Shown: positions 41,889 to 52,906, counted from the stretch's first letter. The stretch is 64,000 nt of DNA from an uncultured Pelagibacteraceae bacterium (GCA_902551215.1 CACDCI010000001.1:6384-70383); one strand, 5' to 3'. Made by a program: numbers and translations. The notes: generated by a model not told the origin, from the letters alone.

Positions 41889-42413
41889 TTAGTCTAAATT
41901 AATTTTGCCAATTTTTTCATCTACAATTTTTAAAATATCATCAGTTATATCAAGATTTGTCTTTCCTATAATAACATTTTTTTTATCAATAATTATAGAA
42001 ATAGAATTTATTTCTGAATACTCAGACAATATAGGTTTAACAAGATTTATAATTTTTGCAGTAGCTTGCAATCTTTGGTTATTTAAATTATTAATATTTT
42101 CATTTCTTTGTTTTCTAAATTCTTTTGCTTTATCTCTTAAATCTATAATTTTTTTTTCATATTCTTCTTTAGTAAGAATATTTTTTTGTGAAATTATTTC
42201 AGATTCTTCTTTTTTAAGTTCATCTTCAGTTTTTTTTAATTTTGAAATATTTTTTTTATGATTTTTTTCTAATTGAGAGGTTATTGATTTGCCTGCTATA
42301 GAATTATTCATTATCTTATTTAAATCAATATAAACAATTATATTTTCATTAGATAAAGATGTTTTAGAATAAAAAATTATAAATAATACCACCAGTAATG
42401 ATTTAAATTTCAT
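41889..42413 (-). CDS. skp: OmpH/Skp periplasmic chaperone
   Basis: Signal peptide, coiled coil, C-terminal DITDDIL; follows bamA. Confidence 0.85.
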   Translation of the reverse strand: MKFKSLLVVLFIIFYSKTSLSNENIIVYIDLNKIMNNSIAGKSITSQLEKNHKKNISKLKKTEDELKKEESEIISQKNILTKEEYEKKIIDLRDKAKEFRKQRNENINNLNNQRLQATAKIINLVKPILSEYSEINSISIIIDKKNVIIGKTNLDITDDILKIVDEKIGKINLD

Positions 42414-42415
42414 TA

Positions 42416-44650
42416 CTAAAAAGTCGTTCCTAAATTAAATTGAAAAGTTTCAGTTTTATCTGTACTTACTTTGCTAAGTGGTTGGGCAAATGAAACATTT
42501 AAAGGACCAATTGGTGTAAACCAATCAATTGCTATACCTGTTGATGATCTTATTTTATTAGAGTCATCATAATTATCTCTATAATCAACCCCCCAAACAT
42601 TTGCAGCATCTACAAAAAATCGCATATCAATAGTTTCCATTGACTGCAAAAGCATTGGTAGTGTAGATGTAAAATTTAATGCAGCTACGAAATTACCACC
42701 AACAAAATCATCGCCATCAACTGGTCCTACGCTTCTTGAAACAAAACCTTTAAGTTTTTTTGATGGTACGTGTAGTCTTTCGGATACTCTTACGTCATCA
42801 CCAGTTATTGAGTTTTTTGCTCTTCCATAAAAATCAAATTTTGTAATTAAATTATTATCAAAATCTATCCATTTTGTGAAACTGTATCCATTTAACATGG
42901 CCCAGTTATCTGAAAGGATAGGTATAGATTGAGTAAATGTGCTTCTATAACCTTCTGATGTTTGCCATTTTTGGTTTCTTTTATCATAATCAAGGCCGTA
43001 CGAAAAAGCAGTTTCAAAGTAACTTCCTTCTTGTTTTTTTAAATTAGCACTTGCAGTAGAGTCTGTAGTTAAATTTTCATAGAATGATGAAATTTCAGGT
43101 TTAAAAAAAAGGTCTTCAAATCGTTCAATACTAGTACCGAAAGAAAAACCTGTTTTTTTGGCTTCATATCCACTATCAGCCATTTTGTCCACAACATCAC
43201 TTTGTATATTCGTTCTTAAGGGTTTCCCCGTATATTTATAATTAGGGGTATTAGTTGTGTAATTGCCTCTAATTGTGTCTTCGGATATTCTTAATGAAGC
43301 TGACATTTTTATTCCTTGGCCCAAAAAATTATTTTCAGATACAGAAAAACCTACCGAACCACCATCAGAACCAACGCCTGCTCCAAGCATAACTTCGCCT
43401 GTTGGTTTTTCTGTAACGCTTATATTTACTATTTTTTTAGTTGCTTCGGAACCTTCTAATATTTCTGATTTGACATTTTTGAAAATATTTCTTGCTCTTA
43501 AATTATTAAGTGATTTTGCATGAAGAAGCTCATTAAATGGGTCCCCTTCATCAACTTCAAGAGAATCTCTTATAACATTTTCTTGTGTAATATTATTTCC
43601 AAAAATATTGATTTGTTCAACATAAAATTTTTTCGTCTCAGATACTTCAAGATTAATATTAATTTTATTATTACCAATTTTTTCTTCATTTATAGACGCT
43701 GAGATAAAATCATATTCACGAAGAAGCGAAATTTTATCAATTTGTTCGACAATCTTACTTAATTTTTTAAAAGAATAAGGTTCATTTTCTAATTCAGATA
43801 ATAATTTTTCAACCTTTGTGAAATTTTTTTTATCATAATCAATTGGTAAAGTAATTTTAGTTTTATTAATTTTATAAAAATTTCCTGCATCAATATTATA
43901 AGTTAATACAAAAGAATCATCATCTAAATATTTTGCTGATGTTGCGTTAACTACTACATCATAATAACCACGATTTAGATAATAATTTTTTAAAAGTCTT
44001 TCATCTCTATTAATTTGATCTTTATTTAAATATTTTCTTTTTGTAACAAATTTCCAGAATCTATTTTCTTCACTTATGATTAAATTTTTTAATTTTTTTG
44101 ATTTAAAAATTTTATTTCCAATAAATTCAATACGAGAAATTTTAGCTTTTTCACCGAGATTAATATCATAAATCAAATTCACAGTATCATTATTGTTTTC
44201 TTCAACTGAGCTTTCAACGGTAGAAAAATAATATCCTGATTGAGAAAGTGAATTTTTAATATTAGTGAGATCTTGCTTTACTTTATATTCAACAAATGGG
44301 CTTCTATTTCTTAATTGTAATTGCTCCAATATACTTTCTTGAATTGTTTTAGATTTAATCCCTTCTATTTTAACTGTTTCGATAATTTTGTTTTCTTCTA
44401 CATAAATAATCATTTTATTGTTCTCTATGGAAATTTTAATGTCTGAAAAAAAATCAGTTTCATATAAATTTTTTAAAACTGCATCTAAGTCTGATTGGTC
44501 ATAATCATTTCCAAATCTGATAGATCCAAGTGATATTATTGATTCTTTACTAATTCTTTTATTATTATTAATTATGACATCATTTATAATTTCTGAACTT
44601 GCAAAAAATGAGTAAATGGTAAAAAAAAATATAAAAAATAGAATTCTCAT
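42416..44650 (-). CDS. bamA: Outer membrane protein assembly factor
   Basis: POTRA repeats, EKPTG, NFLGQG, WFTPIGPL, C-terminal FQFNLGTTF. Confidence 0.94.
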   Translation of the reverse strand: MRILFFIFFFTIYSFFASSEIINDVIINNNKRISKESIISLGSIRFGNDYDQSDLDAVLKNLYETDFFSDIKISIENNKMIIYVEENKIIETVKIEGIKSKTIQESILEQLQLRNRSPFVEYKVKQDLTNIKNSLSQSGYYFSTVESSVEENNNDTVNLIYDINLGEKAKISRIEFIGNKIFKSKKLKNLIISEENRFWKFVTKRKYLNKDQINRDERLLKNYYLNRGYYDVVVNATSAKYLDDDSFVLTYNIDAGNFYKINKTKITLPIDYDKKNFTKVEKLLSELENEPYSFKKLSKIVEQIDKISLLREYDFISASINEEKIGNNKININLEVSETKKFYVEQINIFGNNITQENVIRDSLEVDEGDPFNELLHAKSLNNLRARNIFKNVKSEILEGSEATKKIVNISVTEKPTGEVMLGAGVGSDGGSVGFSVSENNFLGQGIKMSASLRISEDTIRGNYTTNTPNYKYTGKPLRTNIQSDVVDKMADSGYEAKKTGFSFGTSIERFEDLFFKPEISSFYENLTTDSTASANLKKQEGSYFETAFSYGLDYDKRNQKWQTSEGYRSTFTQSIPILSDNWAMLNGYSFTKWIDFDNNLITKFDFYGRAKNSITGDDVRVSERLHVPSKKLKGFVSRSVGPVDGDDFVGGNFVAALNFTSTLPMLLQSMETIDMRFFVDAANVWGVDYRDNYDDSNKIRSSTGIAIDWFTPIGPLNVSFAQPLSKVSTDKTETFQFNLGTTF

Positions 44651-45825
44651 GATTTCGCTGATAATACACTTAAAGATTGTGTTTTCAATCTAACATATTT
44701 ATTTAATTTAATTATCTGATTTACACTAACAGGTAATATATCCTTAAATTTATTAAATTCCCTTAGTTTAATAACTCTTTTTAGAAATATTTCAATATCG
44801 ATAAAGTTAATTTTCCCGTCCAAAAAAAGCTCAACAAGCAAATCATTAGCACTGACAATTACTGTTTCATACAAACTAATTTTTTTTGATACATGTTTTA
44901 AAATATTAATTGAAGGAAATTTTTTTTTATCAATTTTACTAAAATCTAAATTATTAAGTTTTTTTATATCCAATTTTTTACTCATAAATTTTTTTCTACT
45001 ATTTTTATATAAAGTGTTGAAAATTGGAATTTTCATGTTTGTATCATGAACTAAAATTTTTGTTGTTCCATCATAAAATTTTATAATTGAATGAACGTAT
45101 GAATTTGGATGAATTAAAATCTTAAATTTATTTAAATCTAAATCAAAAATTCTTTGAGCTTCAATAATTTCAAAAACTTTATTCATCATTGTGGCTGAAT
45201 CAACTGATATTTTTTTTCCCATTTTCCAATTAGGATGTTTAATTGCTGAAGATGCTTTAATTTTTTTAAATTTAGATATTGGTAAATTTAAAAAGGGGCC
45301 ACCTGAGGCAGTTAAAATTATTTCTTCAATATGAGATTTATTAACATTTCTAATTAATGACCATATTGAAAAATGTTCAGAGTCAACAGGAATAAAGTTT
45401 GTATTATATTTTTTTAATTTGTTTTCTATTAAATTCCATCCACAAATTAAAGATTCCTTATTTGCAATAGCTATATTTTTTGTAAATTTAATTGAATTAA
45501 TAGTTGGAGACAAACCTTGCAAACCGGAAATTGCGCACATGATATAATCAATTTTTTTTTTAAAAATTTTTTTTAAATTGCTAAAGTCATTATAAATATT
45601 AATTTTTTTATTTTTAAATTTTTTTTTTAAATTTAGATATTGTTTTTTATTTTTTATTATTAAATTTTTTGCGTTTAATAATCTGGCTTGTTTTGCAAGT
45701 TCTTGGTAACTATTGTTTGATGTTAATAAAATAACTTCAAAGTTTTTTTTGTCTTTTTTAATAATATCTATTGTTGTTTTTCCTATGGATCCTGTTGAAC
45801 CAAAAACTGCAATTTTTTTTTTCAT
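44647..45825 (-). CDS. dxr: 1-deoxy-D-xylulose 5-phosphate reductoisomerase
   Basis: GSTGSIG, ANKES, PVDSEH, LTASGGPF, HPNWKMGKKISVDSATMMNK. Confidence 0.95.
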   Translation of the reverse strand: MKKKIAVFGSTGSIGKTTIDIIKKDKKNFEVILLTSNNSYQELAKQARLLNAKNLIIKNKKQYLNLKKKFKNKKINIYNDFSNLKKIFKKKIDYIMCAISGLQGLSPTINSIKFTKNIAIANKESLICGWNLIENKLKKYNTNFIPVDSEHFSIWSLIRNVNKSHIEEIILTASGGPFLNLPISKFKKIKASSAIKHPNWKMGKKISVDSATMMNKVFEIIEAQRIFDLDLNKFKILIHPNSYVHSIIKFYDGTTKILVHDTNMKIPIFNTLYKNSRKKFMSKKLDIKKLNNLDFSKIDKKKFPSINILKHVSKKISLYETVIVSANDLLVELFLDGKINFIDIEIFLKRVIKLREFNKFKDILPVSVNQIIKLNKYVRLKTQSLSVLSAKS

Positions 45826-46475
45826 TAAGGTATAAAGTGAAGTTTATCAAAAAAAAAAGTAACAATAGAAACAAAAATCAAACCATCAATTCGATCAAAA
45901 ATACCTCCATGTCCGGGTAAAATTTTTCCAGTGTCTTTAATCTTTTCTAATCTCTTAAAATATGAAATTGTTAAATCACCAGCCTGAGCAACTATAGAAA
46001 AAAAAATTGCTAGGAAAAAAAAATATGGTTTTAAAAAATTATCTTTAATAGGTGGAGTATATAAAATTTCAATTGTTAGCTGAATAATAAATACAGACAA
46101 TAAAGAAAATATAAAAGATCCTAAAACTCCAGACACAGTTTTTTTAGGACTTATATTGGTCAGTTTTTTCCACTTAAAAATTTTTCCAAATACATAACCA
46201 CCTACATCAGAACATATAACTATTATAATAATCCATAATAACAACCAAAAAGAATTTTCCGCCAGATAATAAATTGAAAAAAGTGCTAAAATCAAAATTA
46301 AATCTAAAAATAAAATATTTAAATTTTTTTTAAATACAGAAAATAATTCATAATTTGCTATAAAAAAAATTACAAGTAAAAAAGATATTAAAAGATATCC
46401 TCCCTTAAAAATAAAAAAAATTGATAGAGGAAATATTGCTATTGAAGTTAAAATTCTTTTTTGTAAATTATTCAT
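45825..46475 (-). CDS. cdsA: Phosphatidate cytidylyltransferase
   Basis: SDVGGY, ISPKKT, GDL..S..KR...IKDTG..LPGHGG.FDRID. Confidence 0.93.
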   Translation of the reverse strand: MNNLQKRILTSIAIFPLSIFFIFKGGYLLISFLLVIFFIANYELFSVFKKNLNILFLDLILILALFSIYYLAENSFWLLLWIIIIVICSDVGGYVFGKIFKWKKLTNISPKKTVSGVLGSFIFSLLSVFIIQLTIEILYTPPIKDNFLKPYFFFLAIFFSIVAQAGDLTISYFKRLEKIKDTGKILPGHGGIFDRIDGLIFVSIVTFFFDKLHFIP

Positions 46476-47149
46476 ATCTTGCCAAAATTTCTTTTTGTTT
46501 TTTTAAAATTATTCAAAATTTGATTATAATCTTTAATTGTAAAATCTGGCCATAGCTTTTTTTCAAAATAAATCTCTGAATAGGCTAATTGCCATAACAT
46601 AAAATTGCTTAATCGTTTCGTATTTCCAGTTCTTATTAATAAATCAGGATCCGGCATATTTGTCGTGTAAAGATGTTTATCTAGGTTAGATATTGAAATA
46701 TTAATTTTTTTTCTTTTAATTAAATTCATAGCATTAATTAATTCACTTTTAGAACCATAATTTAAAGCTAAATTTATTTGTAAATTTTTATTATTTTTAG
46801 TGATTTTTTCAGAATTGAGTAAAATTTTATTAAGTTTTTTTGAAAGAATTTTTTTACTTCCAATCATTTTAAATTTTATTCCATTTTTATTTAATTGGTT
46901 GGTTTTTTTTATCAAAAAATCTTCCAACAAATTAAACAAGAAATTAATTTCTTTTTTCGGTCTTCTCCAATTTTCAGTTGAAAATGCGTAAAGAGTAAGA
47001 AAATTAATCTTTTTTCTTAATGTTTCTGTAATAATTTTTTCGATAGTTTTAAGACCAGCCTTATGACCAAGGTTTCTTGATTTTTTTTTTTTTAAACCCC
47101 ATCGACCATTACCATCCATTATTATGGCCACATGATTTATTGGGTTCAT
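46472..47149 (-). CDS. uppS: Undecaprenyl diphosphate synthase
   Basis: IIMDGNGRW, FSTENW.RP, LLIRTG...RLSNF.LWQ. Confidence 0.95.
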   Translation of the reverse strand: MNPINHVAIIMDGNGRWGLKKKKSRNLGHKAGLKTIEKIITETLRKKINFLTLYAFSTENWRRPKKEINFLFNLLEDFLIKKTNQLNKNGIKFKMIGSKKILSKKLNKILLNSEKITKNNKNLQINLALNYGSKSELINAMNLIKRKKINISISNLDKHLYTTNMPDPDLLIRTGNTKRLSNFMLWQLAYSEIYFEKKLWPDFTIKDYNQILNNFKKTKRNFGKI

Positions 47150-47697
47150 ATTTTCATTATTTCTTTTTCTTTAATTTCAACCTTTTCATCAATTTTTTTA
47201 ACATGATTGTCAGTTGATGTTTGAATTATCTTTTCAAATTTTTTTTCCTCGTCCTCGCTTATGGCTTTATCTTTAAGGAGTTTTTTTAATTCATCATTTG
47301 CTTCTCTTCTTATATTTCTAATTGAAACCTTGCATTTTTCTCCCATAACTTTAATCATTTTTTTAATTTCATTTCTTCTTTCCTCACTAAGATCTGGAAC
47401 TGGTAATCTGATAAGCTGTCCATCGATTTGTGGATTAAGACCTAATTCTGATTTTTTTATAGCTGAATCAATTAAAACAACATTATTTAAATCCCATACT
47501 TGAATATTAATAGTTCTTGGTTCTGGTGTTGTAATTGTTCCAAGTTGATTGATTGGCATTTTTTGTCCATATACATCAACTTTTACTAAATCGAGCATAT
47601 TTGAATTTGCTCTGCCAGTTCTTAATGAACTTAATTCCTTTAGAAAAACATCGAAAGTTTTATCCATTTTTTGGTTGTAAGTTTTTTCTTGAAACAT
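47146..47697 (-). CDS. frr: Ribosome recycling factor
   Basis: LRTGRA, LGLNP, SIRNIRR. Confidence 0.95.
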   Translation of the reverse strand: MFQEKTYNQKMDKTFDVFLKELSSLRTGRANSNMLDLVKVDVYGQKMPINQLGTITTPEPRTINIQVWDLNNVVLIDSAIKKSELGLNPQIDGQLIRLPVPDLSEERRNEIKKMIKVMGEKCKVSIRNIRREANDELKKLLKDKAISEDEEKKFEKIIQTSTDNHVKKIDEKVEIKEKEIMKI

Positions 47698-48549
47698 TTA
47701 TTCGCCAATTTTTAATCTATAAAAATCTTTAATTTTTAAATCATTGATACTAAGTTCTTTTAATATATCTTTAACTTTTTTTTTGGGTTCCATTACCCAT
47801 GATTGTGTTAATAAAGAATTTTCTTCCTTAAATTTATTAATCTTACCCATACTAATTTTTTTAATTATATTATCAGGTTTACCTGTATTTTTTAACTCCT
47901 CGGATATTAAAGATGTTTCTTTATCCAAAATATCTTTATTAATTTCATTTGCTTCAAGAGCTAGTGGATTCGATGCAGCTATGTGCATTGATAAATGTTT
48001 ACCAAAAGTTTTTAAAGAGTCAGAACTATCTTTTGTTTCTAATGATACAACTACAGCAAGTTTAGACAAGTTATCTTTTACAACTGTATGTAAATAATTA
48101 AAATTTTTTGATCCATTATAATTAAAAGTCTTAGATCTTCCGATAGTTATTTTTTCACCTATTTTAGCAATTAAAGATACTATGTTTTGTTCAACAGTTT
48201 CTGAATTTTTCATTTTTAATTTATTCAATTCCTCGGTATTTGAATTGCATGAATTATTAAGATCGCTAAGTTCTTTTACAAAATTTATAAAGTTGTCATT
48301 TTTTGCAACAAAGTCAGTTTCACAATTAACTTCAATTAATGATATTTTCTGTTCATCGCCACTAACTGCAATAACTCCTTCTTTTGCTTCACGTGACATT
48401 TTTTTGGAAGCTTTAGAAATACCTTTAATTCTTAAAATCTCAGCAGCTTTATCTAAATCTCCTGCAGATTCTTGTATAGCTGCATTACAATCCTTAAAAC
48501 CAGCACCTGTTGATTGTCTTAGTTGCTTAATTTTTTTTATATCGCTCAT
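47698..48549 (-). CDS. tsf: Elongation factor Ts
   Basis: [28 protein letters not shown]. Confidence 0.96.
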   Translation of the reverse strand: MSDIKKIKQLRQSTGAGFKDCNAAIQESAGDLDKAAEILRIKGISKASKKMSREAKEGVIAVSGDEQKISLIEVNCETDFVAKNDNFINFVKELSDLNNSCNSNTEELNKLKMKNSETVEQNIVSLIAKIGEKITIGRSKTFNYNGSKNFNYLHTVVKDNLSKLAVVVSLETKDSSDSLKTFGKHLSMHIAASNPLALEANEINKDILDKETSLISEELKNTGKPDNIIKKISMGKINKFKEENSLLTQSWVMEPKKKVKDILKELSINDLKIKDFYRLKIGE

Positions 48550-49364
48550 GATAATTTAGGTTTTGCTTTTTTTGCAAATTTAGCATCTAGCTTTTCTCTA
48601 TCTATGTCTTTAACTGTTTTAGATTTATCAGTTTTCTTTTTATCTTTTAGTTCAATTTTTTCTTCAATTTTTTTAGGTGCTGCTTTTTTTGCATTTAAAA
48701 TTGTTTCTTTAATTAATGAACAATATAGATCAATTGATCTTCTTGCATCATCATTTCCAGGAATTGGAAAATCAATGCCAATAGGATCAGAATTTGTATC
48801 AAGTATTGCAATAATTGGAATGCCAAGTTTTATGGATTCTTTAATAGCTAATGATTCATAGTTAGTATCAATTACAAAAACTAAATCTGGAATTTTTTTC
48901 ATTTCACTGATTCCACCAAGTGATCTCTCAAGCTTATCTCTTTTTACACTCATTTTAAGAAGTTCTTTTTTTGTAAAACCTCTATTTTCAGAAACTAAAT
49001 CTAACTCAATTTTTTTTAATTTTTTTATAGAGTTAGAAATTGTACCCCAATTTGTAAGCATTCCACCCAACCATCTATAATTTACAAAATATTGATCAGT
49101 TTCTTTGGCAAGATTAGCTATAGCTTCAGATGCTTGCTTTTTTGTTGAAACAAATAAAATTTTTTCATTATTAACAATAGTATTGTAAACTTTTTCTAGT
49201 GCCGCATTTGTTAATTCTAAAGTCTGTGTTAAATCAATAATATGTATTGAATCTCTTTTTCCAAAAATATATTTTTTCATTTTTGGATTCCATCTAAGTG
49301 TTTTATGTCCTAAATGTACTCCTGCTTCCAGTAGTTGCTGTATTGTAACGTTTGGTATCTTCAT
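48546..49364 (-). CDS. rpsB: 30S ribosomal protein S2
   Basis: [30 protein letters not shown]. Confidence 0.97.
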   Translation of the reverse strand: MKIPNVTIQQLLEAGVHLGHKTLRWNPKMKKYIFGKRDSIHIIDLTQTLELTNAALEKVYNTIVNNEKILFVSTKKQASEAIANLAKETDQYFVNYRWLGGMLTNWGTISNSIKKLKKIELDLVSENRGFTKKELLKMSVKRDKLERSLGGISEMKKIPDLVFVIDTNYESLAIKESIKLGIPIIAILDTNSDPIGIDFPIPGNDDARRSIDLYCSLIKETILNAKKAAPKKIEEKIELKDKKKTDKSKTVKDIDREKLDAKFAKKAKPKLS

Positions 49365-49369
49365 ATTTA

Positions 49370-49440
49370 TTCCCGGTTATGCCACCACAGTTATTTCCAC
49401 TTAAGGACCGGAGGTATAAAACCACAAACTGTGTGCGTAT
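49370..49440 (-). ncRNA. rpsB (S2) structured 5' leader, pseudoknot-like
   Basis: Local GC island; CACAGTT (49433-49427) pairs with AACTGTG (49392-49386), and CCGGT (49411-49407) pairs with ACCGG (49377-49373), interleaved; GGCATAACC just before the start. Confidence 0.7.
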
Positions 49441-49489
49441 TAATTTAGATGTTTATTTACAAATTATTTTTGTAATAAACAAGTTTTTT

Positions 49490-52400
49490 TTAATGGATTG
49501 TAGTCAAAATATCTTGTTTTTTAAGTTTATTTAGTGATTTTCTATCAACAAGTCTTTTATTTTTTAATTTAAAGATTAGATTTTTGTTCTTACCTTTAAT
49601 TTTAATTTTAACATTAGTGTTTCCATCTTTTTTAATATGATTTGATATATCATTTATATTATTAATACCATTGGCAATGAACTCAATATCAGAAATTGGC
49701 TTATTAAATAGATCTGTAAGTGATGTAATTTTTTTAACATTTATTCTTTTAAATCTATTGTTATCTTCAGTGATATTTTTACTTAAAGTTATAATTAACG
49801 AATTACCTTCTGTTAATATATTTCTATTAAGTTCTAGAATGTCAGAAAAAATAAATAGTTCAAATACATTTGATAAATCTGTAAGTTTAATTATCGCATA
49901 AGAATTTCCTTTAACTGTTTTTTTTTCTTGAACTTTTAATAGAGTGGCAGCAATATTATTTTCTTTAACTTCTTCACTTGAATTAAATTTATTGAAATCA
50001 ATTATTCTATAATCAACAAAAATTTCTTTGAATTGATTAAGTGGATGATCAGAAATAAAAAATCCCACCGCCTCGAATTCCTTTGATAATCTTTCTTCAA
50101 ATTTCCAATCTTCGATAAAATTTACAATTGCATCGTCTTTAATTTCATTTGAATCAAATAAATCTATTTGATTGGCAACTTTATTATCAAAAATATTTTT
50201 TGACTTTAAAATAAAGTTTGGAATAGAATTAAATAAAGCTTGCCTATTATTATAAATTTTGTCAAAAGCTCCGGCTTTTACTAGACCTTCTAATTGTAGT
50301 TTGTTTATATCTTTAGGATTTACTCTATTAAGAAAATCATTAATTGATTTAAATTCGCCTTTTTTTATTCTTTCCTTAATTATATTTGATACAGCTTCAT
50401 ATCCGACATTTTTTATTCCACCTAAAGCATAAAAAAAATTATTGTTATCTGACCTAAAGTCTGCAAAGCATTTATTAATATCAGGTCTTATAATATTTAT
50501 ATTTAATCTTTTTATTTCTTCATAAAATTCACTAAGTTTATTTTGATTAGAAATATCCATTGTCATTGAAGCTGAAAAAAACTCATGAGGATAATATGTT
50601 TTTAAATATGCTGTTTGATAAGCAATTATTGCGTATGCTGCAGCATGGCTTTTGTTAAATCCATACTCGGCAAAAGGTTCGATTTTTAAAAAAATACCTG
50701 CAGCTATTTCTTTTGCTATTCCATTTTTTACAGCACCTTCAATAAAATTTTGTTTTTGTTTTTCTAGTTCGGCTCTTTTTTTTTTACCCATCGCTCTTCT
50801 TAATATGTCTGCTTCCCCAGCTGTAAAACCTGATAATTTTTGTGCAATTTGCATCACTTGTTCTTGGTAAATAATTACTCCATATGTTGGTTTAAGAATT
50901 TCTTCTAAATTAGGGTGTAAATAATCTGGTTTTAGTTTTCCATGTTTGCAGTCATTATAGGTCGGTATATTGCTCATTGGTCCAGGCCTATAAAGTGCGA
51001 CAAGTGCAATAATATCTTCAATATGGTTCGGTTTCATTTGTATTAATGCTTCTCTCATTCCGGTACTTTCTAGTTGAAACAAGCCTACAGTATTGCCCGT
51101 AGAAAGAAGATCAAAAACTTTTTGATCATCATATTTAATATTGTCGATTAAAAAATTTTTGTCTTTTTTATTAATTAATTTTTGTGTTTTGTTAATTACT
51201 GTTAATGTTTTTAAACCTAAAAAGTCAAATTTGATTAGTCCGGCATTTTCAGCAGAATACATATCAAATTGTGTTGATGGTAATAATAAGTCAGTTGATG
51301 CATCTTTATATAAAGGAACAGTTTCAGTTAATTTTTTATCTGCTATAACAACTCCAGCTGCGTGCGTTGCAACATTTCTGTTTAAACCTTCTAATTTTAA
51401 TGAAAGTTCAGTTAATTTTTTCACTCTTGGGTCTTCTTTAATCAATTTTTGTAATCTAGGTTCGTTATTTATGCATTCACTTAAACTTAGAGGTCTAGAA
51501 GGGTCAAAAGGAATCATTTTAGAAATGCTGTCAACAAATCCATACGGCAAGCCTAGAACTCTTCCTACATCTCTAATAACCATGCGTGCTTTTAATTTTC
51601 CAAAGGTAATTATATGAGCAACACTTCCTTTATATTTTTTTGTTAAATATTCAAATACCAAATCTCTCTTTTCTTCACAAAAATCTATATCAAAATCTGG
51701 CATTGATATTCTGTCAGGATTCAAAAAACGTTCAAAAATTAAATTAAATTTAATTGGATCTAAATCTGTAATTGACAAACACCAAGCAACTAATGATCCA
51801 GCTCCTGATCCTCTGCCTGGACCTACAGGTATGTCGTTATTTTTTGCCCATTTAATGTAGTCTGAAACAATTAAAAAATAACTTGAATATTTCATTTCAA
51901 TTATGATTTTTAATTCATGATCCAGTCTAGCTTTATATTTAATGAATTTTTCATCACTATTTAAATTTTCATTTTTGATATTAAATTCTTTTAAAAATTT
52001 AGCTTTCAAGCCTTCTTCTGATTCCTTTTGTAATATTTCGTCTGCATTGCCACCTTTTTCAGAACTAATATCTGGTAAAATAGGTTTAGAAAATATTGGT
52101 CTAAAATTGCATCTAAAAGGTAAATTGTAGTTATTTTCTAAAGCTTCAGGTAAATCTGAAAACAATTTTGACATTTCTTCATCTGTTTTGAAATAATGTT
52201 GGTTAGTATATTTAATTCTATTTTTTTCATTAATATAGGTTTTTGTACCAATACAAGTTAAGGCATCATGCGCTTCATGCATGCTAGGATCTAAATAAAA
52301 AACTTCATTAGTCGCTATAATAGGTATTTTATATTCATTTGATTTTTTTAAGTTATATTTTTCAAAAATTTTTTCATTCAAATCACCATGCCTTTGGATT

Positions 52401-52906
52401 TCCAAATAAAATCTATTGTTAAAATTTGATACAATCTTTTGGTAAATTTTTTCAATTTCGGAAAATCTTCCTTTATCAAATAACTTTCCAAAAAAACCTT
52501 TTATTGATCCTGATAAAATCAATATACCTTCAGCATTTTTATATAATTCTGATAAATTGCAGTGAGGTTCTGAAAGTTCGTCATTCTCTAGATATGACTT
52601 TGATGATAATTCTACAATTCTTTTATATCCATGCTCATTTAGGGCTATTAAAGGAAGAAGTCCTATCGTGTCTTCGTGCTTAAAGTTTATTTGGGTGCCT
52701 ATAATGGGTTGAGTCCCTACTTTAGAAATATTCTCTGCAAATTCTAAAGATCCACATAAGTTAGATGTATCAGACAGACCAACACATCTGATTTTTCTTT
52801 CTTTGCAAAAATTTTTTAAACTATCAATTTTGATAGCGCCTTCACATATAGAATATTGAGTGTGGATTTTAAGATGATTGAATTTTTGATTATTTGAATC
52901 TGGCAT
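49490..52906 (-). CDS. dnaE: DNA polymerase III alpha subunit
   Basis: PHP domain HTQYS, GPGRGSGAGS, FERFLNPDR.SMPDFDIDF, YGFNKSH; start placed at MPDSNNQ. Confidence 0.96.
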   Translation of the reverse strand: MPDSNNQKFNHLKIHTQYSICEGAIKIDSLKNFCKERKIRCVGLSDTSNLCGSLEFAENISKVGTQPIIGTQINFKHEDTIGLLPLIALNEHGYKRIVELSSKSYLENDELSEPHCNLSELYKNAEGILILSGSIKGFFGKLFDKGRFSEIEKIYQKIVSNFNNRFYLEIQRHGDLNEKIFEKYNLKKSNEYKIPIIATNEVFYLDPSMHEAHDALTCIGTKTYINEKNRIKYTNQHYFKTDEEMSKLFSDLPEALENNYNLPFRCNFRPIFSKPILPDISSEKGGNADEILQKESEEGLKAKFLKEFNIKNENLNSDEKFIKYKARLDHELKIIIEMKYSSYFLIVSDYIKWAKNNDIPVGPGRGSGAGSLVAWCLSITDLDPIKFNLIFERFLNPDRISMPDFDIDFCEEKRDLVFEYLTKKYKGSVAHIITFGKLKARMVIRDVGRVLGLPYGFVDSISKMIPFDPSRPLSLSECINNEPRLQKLIKEDPRVKKLTELSLKLEGLNRNVATHAAGVVIADKKLTETVPLYKDASTDLLLPSTQFDMYSAENAGLIKFDFLGLKTLTVINKTQKLINKKDKNFLIDNIKYDDQKVFDLLSTGNTVGLFQLESTGMREALIQMKPNHIEDIIALVALYRPGPMSNIPTYNDCKHGKLKPDYLHPNLEEILKPTYGVIIYQEQVMQIAQKLSGFTAGEADILRRAMGKKKRAELEKQKQNFIEGAVKNGIAKEIAAGIFLKIEPFAEYGFNKSHAAAYAIIAYQTAYLKTYYPHEFFSASMTMDISNQNKLSEFYEEIKRLNINIIRPDINKCFADFRSDNNNFFYALGGIKNVGYEAVSNIIKERIKKGEFKSINDFLNRVNPKDINKLQLEGLVKAGAFDKIYNNRQALFNSIPNFILKSKNIFDNKVANQIDLFDSNEIKDDAIVNFIEDWKFEERLSKEFEAVGFFISDHPLNQFKEIFVDYRIIDFNKFNSSEEVKENNIAATLLKVQEKKTVKGNSYAIIKLTDLSNVFELFIFSDILELNRNILTEGNSLIITLSKNITEDNNRFKRINVKKITSLTDLFNKPISDIEFIANGINNINDISNHIKKDGNTNVKIKIKGKNKNLIFKLKNKRLVDRKSLNKLKKQDILTTIH

